From contig NC_009033.1 in NCBI RefSeq assembly GCF_000015945.1, forward strand, positions 120,001-152,000: a DNA stretch of 32,000 nucleotides, read 5' to 3'. The DNA comes from Staphylothermus marinus F1. Lineage in GTDB: Archaea; Thermoproteota; Thermoprotei_A; Sulfolobales; Desulfurococcaceae. Shown here piece after piece: positions 17,527-24,203 of this stretch. Under the pieces are notes generated by a model that worked only from the letters and a program-made list of their open reading frames with translations, had not been told where the DNA came from and searched no databases. A program made the translations under genes and the position numbers. Every line of letters starts with the position of its first letter. The stretch's first letter is position 1.

Positions 17527-18426
17527 TTGAGCAAAGCTATGATCATATTTGCTTCGCTAATAGTAATTGGTACAATGCTGATATTTTACTCAATATTATT
17601 TCTACAGACAACAACGACAGCAAGTATTGAAAAATATGATAGAATAAGTCTTCCCTATAAAACCTATATCTCTATCCCAATATATCTAAATAATAATGAT
17701 AAATTATTGTTTAATTATACTACGATGCCTAAGAGAATTAACATAACTGTTCTATTGTCAGATAGTTCTGCATTATACTATATTAGTAAGGCTTATAATT
17801 TGACAGATCATATTGGGAGAAACTACACCTATGAAGGTATGCCTGGAAAATATTATTTGTTATTAATTAATAATGCTGGAGACAATATTACAGTGGAATA
17901 TTCTCTTCTCATATATAAACAGAGAACTACCGAGAAATATCATGGCCTTGTATCTATAACTGGTTCCTTCCTGGTATTGATCGGGATTTTATCGATCTTT
18001 TATTTAAAAATGAAAGAACTAACAAAGAAATACCCGGATCATCTTTATTCTGCAGGAATAGAATGTTGGTCAACTAAACTATATAAGCATAGATGTAATA
18101 TTATTATTCCAATAATTGATTCTGAAACACTAAATATTGTTGATAGAGTTCTTAGAAGCTTAGGTTATGTTATGAAGAGAAAACTAAGTGAAACTATTAT
18201 TGTTTATGAAAAGAAGACAGGATTACTAGAGAGGTTCCGCAAAAAACCTGTTGAATTACTTGTAACTATTGAGGAACCGTATCTCTCAATGTATTATGAT
18301 GTTTGGCCTATAGTAGCCTCTGGGTCAAAAGATTTAGGTTGGATTATTAAGGAAGCAGAAACAATAAGAAACGCGTTATATAGTGAACAAATGGATAATA
18401 AAAATAAAATCAAAAAACAAGAATAA
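17527..18426 (+). CDS. Hypothetical bitopic membrane protein
   Basis: It has an N-terminal TM or signal anchor, a ~130-aa segment with several N-x-S/T sequons, a second TM (GLVSITGSFLVLIGILSIFYL) and a ~130-aa C-terminal soluble domain. The start is TTG, with ATG 17539 as the alternative. Confidence 0.55.
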   Translation: MSKAMIIFASLIVIGTMLIFYSILFLQTTTTASIEKYDRISLPYKTYISIPIYLNNNDKLLFNYTTMPKRINITVLLSDSSALYYISKAYNLTDHIGRNYTYEGMPGKYYLLLINNAGDNITVEYSLLIYKQRTTEKYHGLVSITGSFLVLIGILSIFYLKMKELTKKYPDHLYSAGIECWSTKLYKHRCNIIIPIIDSETLNIVDRVLRSLGYVMKRKLSETIIVYEKKTGLLERFRKKPVELLVTIEEPYLSMYYDVWPIVASGSKDLGWIIKEAETIRNALYSEQMDNKNKIKKQE

Positions 18427-18435
18427 TCTAGTATT

Positions 18436-18520
18436 GGCTGAGATGACGAGGAATCCCGGGTTATTAATGAGGAGGCCGTATAGGCCTACCAGTGATAGGG
18501 GCCCCGCATAGCTGATCATT
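18436..18520 (+). ncRNA. Candidate box C/D sRNA-like element (weak)
   Basis: This is a GC-rich island between two genes. C-like boxes are ATGACGA 18443-18449 and ATGAGGA 18467-18473. A C'-like GTGATAG lies at 18492-18498 and a D box CTGA at 18512-18515. Spacers of 12-13 nt follow each C-like box. A TATA-like ATAATAAAAATAAAAT lies at 18395-18410. The D' boxes are poor and the spacers are self-complementary. Confidence 0.3.
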
Positions 18521-18587
18521 TCTATTGCTACATCATGGAAAGTCTTTTTATCTTAGTTGTTATAGTAATATTTATTCGGTGAGAGCA

Positions 18588-18833
18588 ATGGCTAAATTCA
18601 AAGTTACAATTGATCCCAGAGATAACTGTATATCAGATATGGTATGTGTATCGATATGTCCAGACGTCTTCGAGATGAATCCTGAGGATAACAAGAGCCA
18701 AATAGTTGAGAAATGGAGAGTTGAGGGCAACATTGCTGTAGGAATTGTGACAGAAGATCTTAAGAGCTGCGTCGAAGACGCTGCAAACGCGTGTCCAGTA
18801 CAGATAATTCATGTAGAACCTGTAGCTGAGTAA
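18588..18833 (+). CDS. Single-cluster ferredoxin of the Pyrococcus furiosus type (Asp as cluster ligand)
   Basis: 'CISDMVCVSICPDVFEM' and 'CVEDAANACP' have the same spacing as P. furiosus Fd (C-x2-D-x2-C-x3-CP ... C-x7-CP). The start is placed at ATG 18588, 4 nt after GGTGAG, not at the ORF-track start of 18525. Confidence 0.85.
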   Translation: MAKFKVTIDPRDNCISDMVCVSICPDVFEMNPEDNKSQIVEKWRVEGNIAVGIVTEDLKSCVEDAANACPVQIIHVEPVAE

Positions 18834-18872
18834 CGTGCTTAAAATAATCAATGAGCCTATAAAATAAATTTT

Positions 18873-20096
18873 TTACACATTCTCACTTATAGAGTAAAGT
18901 AGTAGTTTTCTAATCTTTTCCCGATCCAGTACCTTTTTATCCCATAGATCAATTATCATTTGCAGAATTGATGCTAGCTCATGATCTCTTACACGAATAA
19001 TGTATTCATCTACTTGTTTAGCATATTCTAGAACATTTTTCGATAAATCACTTAGTTTATCTCTATCAAAACCAACATCGTCAATAACTATTATGTCATG
19101 GCTTTCAAGCATCTTCCTTATTTCCCCTGGAACAACATGTTTTGATACTAGAAACAATTTGTCAGGGTTATAAATGGACTTGTAAAGCTGGACAACTCTA
19201 ACTTCATTTAAACGAACCCCTCTATGACTACTTATTTTCTCAGCTACTTCATGCCTAGTTACCCCCAATACATCTGCTAATCCATCCCATAATCCTTCAA
19301 TCCACCTGTTTCTCCATTCCTCGGCACTTAGTGGTTTAGCTAGAGGTCCCCGAACATCTCTTACTCTCTTATACCAGTCTGGTAGCTCTTTAAACTCTAT
19401 TATTAGATCCGGCCTCTTAACCGGAGGAGAATTTTCTGGATCAACTATGTCGTATATTCTTCCACCATATACCATAATGTCTGGTCTTAGAGCAGTATAT
19501 AGTCCCCAGATCTTCTCTAGATCCCCTGTATCTCCCCAAGCGAGAGGTCTTGGGGCTTCTATAAAAAAGCTTATGCTTCCATGTCCTGGTATATCGAGGA
19601 CTAGGTTTGGAGGGATCCATCTCAGCTTTTGCTTACCGCTTCTTTCCAGATTTAAAACATTGTGTTCAGGATATATGACAATTGTTCCTTCACGATAAAT
19701 ATTTATTAGAAGAGCTAGAAATCCCCAGTTTTGATATAATGTTCTAAGATTTGTTCTTAAACTGGTATTTACTGCCATCATGGATTTTTCAGCATACTCC
19801 TCGAGGCTCAGCTTACCTCTTTTATAATCATGAGTGTAAATAAATAGTTTCTTCTCTAAATGCCTAAGTGGTTCCTCGATAAAACTTCTAAATTCTCTAC
19901 TATAAGTGATAGTGTAAAAACTATATAGTTTCTTAACCTGTTCAGAAATCTCTTTTAATCGATCAACCCATAAATATGCTTCCTTAACACTATTGCCCAG
20001 ATAACAATTAACAAAACATTTTGCCTGTCTTGCCTTGTTATTACATCTTTTAACACATTCAATAGCCTTAGCGACTCCTCTAATCTTTTTTCTCAC
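18873..20096 (-). CDS. Hypothetical protein with a PD-(D/E)xK nuclease-like motif and an N-terminal twin Cx3C
   Basis: The start is GTG, 7 nt after GGGTGA. 'ALRPDIMVY' (D206) and 'DLIIEFKE' (E234-x-K236) are spaced 28 aa apart and preceded by 'FFIEAP'. The N-terminus has C14-x3-C18 ... C27-x3-C31. I recognise no family. Confidence 0.6.
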   Translation of the reverse strand: MRKKIRGVAKAIECVKRCNNKARQAKCFVNCYLGNSVKEAYLWVDRLKEISEQVKKLYSFYTITYSREFRSFIEEPLRHLEKKLFIYTHDYKRGKLSLEEYAEKSMMAVNTSLRTNLRTLYQNWGFLALLINIYREGTIVIYPEHNVLNLERSGKQKLRWIPPNLVLDIPGHGSISFFIEAPRPLAWGDTGDLEKIWGLYTALRPDIMVYGGRIYDIVDPENSPPVKRPDLIIEFKELPDWYKRVRDVRGPLAKPLSAEEWRNRWIEGLWDGLADVLGVTRHEVAEKISSHRGVRLNEVRVVQLYKSIYNPDKLFLVSKHVVPGEIRKMLESHDIIVIDDVGFDRDKLSDLSKNVLEYAKQVDEYIIRVRDHELASILQMIIDLWDKKVLDREKIRKLLLYSISENV

Positions 20097-20112
20097 AGAA
20101 ATTCACCCTGTA

Positions 20113-20150
20113 TTAAACAATTATTTTTTACATGAAAAATAATTGTTTAA
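20113..20150. promoter_or_regulatory. Perfect 16-bp inverted repeat in a divergent promoter region
   Basis: TTAAACAATTATTTTT (20113-20128) and AAAAATAATTGTTTAA (20135-20150) flank a 6-nt centre, TACATG. The repeat begins 4 nt beyond the SD of the minus-strand gene 18873..20096 and lies ~130-145 nt upstream of the M20 gene. Confidence 0.5.
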
Positions 20151-20277
20151 ACGGTTTTATTAATTGAAAACTTGCATTATTGAGCTATTTTAAACAAAAA
20201 TTCTTGTTTCCATGAATAATGGTGGAACAGATCATAATAAGAAGTTAACTTGTTTATATTGGAAAAACTAATATACA

Positions 20278-21534
20278 ATGATTTTGGTGTGGATTATGCC
20301 TAAATTGCCTTACTGGATATATGATCTAGCGGAAGAAATACTTATGGAAAGTATTAAGTACACGACTGTTCTCGGCGAAGCTTACGAGGATCTAGTAAAC
20401 TACTATGCCAGTGTACTTAAGTCCCATGGTATACATGTAACAATTCATCGAGTACCTGACGAATATGTTAAAGAAAAGCTCAGCCCTGAAATGAATCCTG
20501 ATAAGCCAAGATATATATTACTATCGAGAATAGGTGACTCAGATAAAGTCCTACAATTTAATGGTCACTATGATGTAGTATTTCCCGGGGAAGGATGGAA
20601 AGTTACTGAGCCATTTAAACCCATTAAGAAAAATGGTAGAATCTATGGGCGTGGATCCACAGACATGAAGGGAGGCATAGCAGCCTTCCTGGCAGCGATG
20701 ATTTATTTAGCCACCATCAGTGAGGAGCCGCCTATAAGTGTTGAAGCAGCAATTGTTCCCGATGAAGAAATAGGCGGAGCTACTGGAACCGGGTATTTAG
20801 TGAATGTATTGGGTAGTAAGCCTACATGGGCAGTCATAGCTGAGCCTAGCGGCTTAGATAATATATGGCATGGACATAAAGGACTTGTATGGGGAGAAGT
20901 AGTTGTAAAAGGTAAGCAAAGCCATGGCTCCACACCTTGGCTTGGAATAAATGCTTTCGAGAAAATGGTTTATATTGCAAAATACTTGATAGAAAACTAT
21001 CTACCAAGATTAAAGGAAAAAACAAGTAAATACGAATACGACTTGCCCGAAGGCAAATACCCAACAGCGACATTCGGAGGAAAACTATCAGCTCCGGGAA
21101 GCATAAATATTGTGCCTGGACAGGTATCATTCAGTATTGATCGCAGATTAATAATAGAGGAAACCACAAACGAGGTAATCAAAGAACTCAACAAATACAT
21201 TGCAGAAGCGGCTAAGACATTTAAGGCAGAGGTTGAACTCAGAATAGTTGAGAAAATGGAACCCGCCTTTACTGATCCCGGTTCTGAAATAGTTGAAGCA
21301 CTCGCAAAAGCTATAAGAATGAATATAGGTGTAGAACCTAGAAGAACAATTTGTGTTGGAGGATTAGATCTGAGATATTATTCACATAAGGGGATACCAG
21401 TAGCAACTTATGGACCCGGAGAACCAAGTATGCCTCATAAAGTTGATGAATACATAGAAGTTGAAAACCTACATAAAGTAATAGATGTATACGTAGACTT
21501 AGTCAATATACTTGGAGGAGGCTCGTCGAAATAA
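20278..21534 (+). CDS. M20 family metallopeptidase/deacylase (ArgE/DapE/LysK-like)
   Basis: Motifs are 'FNGHYDVV', 'GRGSTDMKGG', 'PDEEIGGATG' and 'AEPSG', with a dimerisation-domain insert. The likely true start is ATG 20296, 7 nt after GGTG. Confidence 0.88.
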   Translation: MILVWIMPKLPYWIYDLAEEILMESIKYTTVLGEAYEDLVNYYASVLKSHGIHVTIHRVPDEYVKEKLSPEMNPDKPRYILLSRIGDSDKVLQFNGHYDVVFPGEGWKVTEPFKPIKKNGRIYGRGSTDMKGGIAAFLAAMIYLATISEEPPISVEAAIVPDEEIGGATGTGYLVNVLGSKPTWAVIAEPSGLDNIWHGHKGLVWGEVVVKGKQSHGSTPWLGINAFEKMVYIAKYLIENYLPRLKEKTSKYEYDLPEGKYPTATFGGKLSAPGSINIVPGQVSFSIDRRLIIEETTNEVIKELNKYIAEAAKTFKAEVELRIVEKMEPAFTDPGSEIVEALAKAIRMNIGVEPRRTICVGGLDLRYYSHKGIPVATYGPGEPSMPHKVDEYIEVENLHKVIDVYVDLVNILGGGSSK

Positions 21535-21568
21535 TGTAGTGAAAGTTAATTATTTTATTGGTGAAATA

Positions 21569-22264
21569 ATGAAGAAATACCAGAGAATAATTGAAAACAA
21601 GAATACTAAATTAATAGCTTTTTATTCCAGGCTTATCAATTTTTTAGAGGACATACTAGAAGATGCAGAATGCGATAATGTCTATATATCTATTCCTCAA
21701 CATTCCTTTTCAAGTACTATATTTGTTGACGGTTCTAACTGTAGATACGATCTATTAGATAGTATCAATGCTTTTGCAGAAAAATATGATATACAAGTAG
21801 ATATTGGTAAAGGAAATATCGAGTTAACCTCACTCTATTACAAGGTTGTCGAGGAATATAAACAAAGTCTCCACTATATTATGAAAGAACTTGCAGTTAA
21901 ATCGCTAGTTAATAATATAGAATACTATCTAGGAATACTGTTTAATGGTAAGGGTTTTCTTGTTGAGGGAGAAGAAGATCGCGTTGTTTTGCCTAACATT
22001 CCACAGTGTTTTTCTTCACATACTCATCCTTCAAGAATTCCTATTCCTAGCCGTGCCGATATAAAGTCAATAATTAAATTATTTTTAGATAGAGGAGTAG
22101 CACATGCTATAGAAACTGTTGGTTCTACTCTAGTAATTTATCGTACGGGTCCTTTAACTATTGACGACTTAGATATAATTAGGAATGTTGAGAAATCTAA
22201 TAATATAATTAAAGCTTTGGAATTGCTTTCTAGGACGGGTAATATTAAAATCCTCTACCTATAG
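21569..22264 (+). CDS. JAMM/MPN+ metalloprotease-domain protein with an uncharacterised N-terminal domain
   Basis: 'HTHPSRIPIPSRAD' (nt 22019-22060) exactly fits the JAMM motif H-x-H-x7-S-x2-D. The upstream Glu is in 'NIEYYLGILFNG'. The start is set at ATG 21569, 5 nt after GGTGA. It lies 35 nt downstream of the M20 gene on the same strand. Confidence 0.75.
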   Translation: MKKYQRIIENKNTKLIAFYSRLINFLEDILEDAECDNVYISIPQHSFSSTIFVDGSNCRYDLLDSINAFAEKYDIQVDIGKGNIELTSLYYKVVEEYKQSLHYIMKELAVKSLVNNIEYYLGILFNGKGFLVEGEEDRVVLPNIPQCFSSHTHPSRIPIPSRADIKSIIKLFLDRGVAHAIETVGSTLVIYRTGPLTIDDLDIIRNVEKSNNIIKALELLSRTGNIKILYL

Positions 22265-22422
22265 CATTCGTGTACAAACTACTATAGACTATTGTCTAAT
22301 TATATGAGAAACAGAAAGTCTTTAATAACGTATTTTATTATTAATACGGATAAATTATATATTAGAAATAACTAGTTGATAAGTGATAAGTTAGCTGATT
22401 AGATAATATTATGGGGTAATTT

Positions 22423-23967
22423 ATGACACTTAGAATACTGATAGCTAACAGAGGAGAAATTGCGGTAAGAATTGCTAGAAGTGTAAAGGAGCTTGGATTC
22501 ATACCTCTAGGCATATATACTGTAGAGGATAAGAGATCTCTTCACAGAAAATATATGGCGGAAGATATAGAAGTTCCAAGTTATTTGGACATCGATGAAA
22601 TAGTTAATGCAGCAATAGAATTAGGTGCAGACGCTGTTCATCCAGGATATGGGTTCCTTAGCGAAAATCCATTATTTAGTAAAAGAATAATTAAGAAAGG
22701 ATTCATTTTCATAGGTCCTCCCCCAGAAATCATGGAACTCGCCGGTGATAAGGTTAGAGCAAAAGAAATGGCTGCAAAAGCAGGAGTACCAACTCTGCCT
22801 TGGATGATCGTGGATGATCCGAAAGAAGTATTAGAGTTTGGAAGAGAGCATGGTTTTCCAGTAATACTTAAAGCAGCTGGTGGAGGCGGGGGAATGGGGA
22901 TAAGAATAGTGGAGAGAAAAGAAGATGTTGAAAGACTATTTGAACAAGCTAGGAAAGAAGCTGAGAATGCATTCAAGGATCCAAGATTATATGTTGAACC
23001 TTATATTGAAAATCCTAAGCATATAGAAGTGCAAATACTCGGAGATGGGGATAATTATGTTCATCTATATGAGAGAGACTGTAGCATACAGAGACGCCAC
23101 CAGAAAATAGTGGAGGAAGCTCCTTCACCTGTATTAAATAATAATCTAAGAAAAACCATTACTGAAGACGCTGTCAAGCTTGCTTCACATATAAAATATA
23201 TTAATGCTGGTACAGTTGAAATGCTTTTTGATATGAAAACCAAGAAGCACTACTTTATGGAGATAAATGCAAGATTACAAGTAGAACACCCAGTAACAGA
23301 AATGATTACAGGGATAGATATAGTTAAACAACAGATCATAATTGCAACTGAGGGAACATTATCTCTGAAACAACATAGAATAAGTAGGCGTGGCCACAGC
23401 ATAGAAGCCAGAATTAATGCTGAAAACCCAATAACACTTATGCCCAGTCCTGGAACAATAGGAACATATCATGAACCTTCAGGTCCAGGTGTTAGAGTAG
23501 ACTCAGGAGTAACTAGTAGAAGCTATGTGTCTACTGAATATAATCCATTGATTTCAAAATTAATTGTGTGGGGAACAAGTAGAATAGAGGCTATTAGAAG
23601 AATGAAGAGAGCATTAAACGAATATATTATTACGGGTATACAGACAAACATACCTCTCTTAAAAGCAATAATCAATCACTCAATATTTATAAAGGGAACT
23701 CATACAACAAAGTTTCTCGAAACATATTGGAAAGACATTAAAGAGTTTATCAGGAAAAAAGAATTATTACACATGATAATCTTGCTCGCATTAGTTGCTA
23801 AAGGAGATTCAAGAATAAGATCCCAGCTTGTTTCTGGAAGTAGATTTGCAGCATATATTAATGGAGTAGAACATACACGTGTAGAATCTATTAAGAGAAG
23901 AGCATGGCTATACTGGGCGATGTTGAAAGGAAGAGTTAGTAGGAAGCGTGGTAGGAGGAAAAAGTAA
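22423..23967 (+). CDS. accC: Biotin carboxylase subunit (acyl-CoA or pyruvate carboxylase type)
   Basis: It has an ATP-grasp fold with 'ILIANRGEIAVRI', 'HPGYGFLSEN', the Gly-rich loop 'KAAGGGGGMGIRIV' and 'FMEINARLQVEHPVTE'. The ~510-aa length with a basic C-terminal tail fits crenarchaeal homologues. No BCCP or carboxyltransferase gene is adjacent, so the accC versus pycA assignment is open. Confidence 0.9.
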   Translation: MTLRILIANRGEIAVRIARSVKELGFIPLGIYTVEDKRSLHRKYMAEDIEVPSYLDIDEIVNAAIELGADAVHPGYGFLSENPLFSKRIIKKGFIFIGPPPEIMELAGDKVRAKEMAAKAGVPTLPWMIVDDPKEVLEFGREHGFPVILKAAGGGGGMGIRIVERKEDVERLFEQARKEAENAFKDPRLYVEPYIENPKHIEVQILGDGDNYVHLYERDCSIQRRHQKIVEEAPSPVLNNNLRKTITEDAVKLASHIKYINAGTVEMLFDMKTKKHYFMEINARLQVEHPVTEMITGIDIVKQQIIIATEGTLSLKQHRISRRGHSIEARINAENPITLMPSPGTIGTYHEPSGPGVRVDSGVTSRSYVSTEYNPLISKLIVWGTSRIEAIRRMKRALNEYIITGIQTNIPLLKAIINHSIFIKGTHTTKFLETYWKDIKEFIRKKELLHMIILLALVAKGDSRIRSQLVSGSRFAAYINGVEHTRVESIKRRAWLYWAMLKGRVSRKRGRRKK

Positions 23968-24021
23968 CTATTCTTCAAAAAGACTCTTATATTTTGCTTA
24001 TTTCGTTACGTATTATCCTGG

Positions 24022-24073
24022 AGATCTTAAATATTTTAGATTTTTATATTCACACATAGAATTTTTAAGATCT
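24022..24073. promoter_or_regulatory. 10-bp inverted repeat abutting a TATA-like box upstream of ppsA
   Basis: AGATCTTAAA (24022-24031) and TTTAAGATCT (24064-24073) are separated by 32 nt. The right arm runs directly into TATATATATT (24073-24082). The ppsA ATG is at 24204. Confidence 0.3.
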
Positions 24074-24203
24074 ATATATATTATTATACGTTACATACAT
24101 ATAGATATACATACATTATCGCTAGGTTTAAATACGCATTAACTCATATAAAGACAAAGAATAAATAATATCTAAAAATCCCGAAGATACGGGGTGTAAT
24201 TAA

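Noticed and set aside
18525-18587. The 21-aa N-terminal extension of the ferredoxin ORF (start at 18525)
   Set aside because: The extension (MLHHGKSFYLSCYSNIYSVRA) is not ferredoxin-like and covers the A/T-rich promoter. ATG 18588 has a GGTGAG SD and gives the canonical ~80-aa protein.
23948-24142. 64-aa ORF in the accC-ppsA spacer
   Set aside because: It lies in extremely AT-rich promoter DNA, gives a Tyr/Ile/Phe-rich translation, has no SD and overlaps the end of accC. It is likely spurious.
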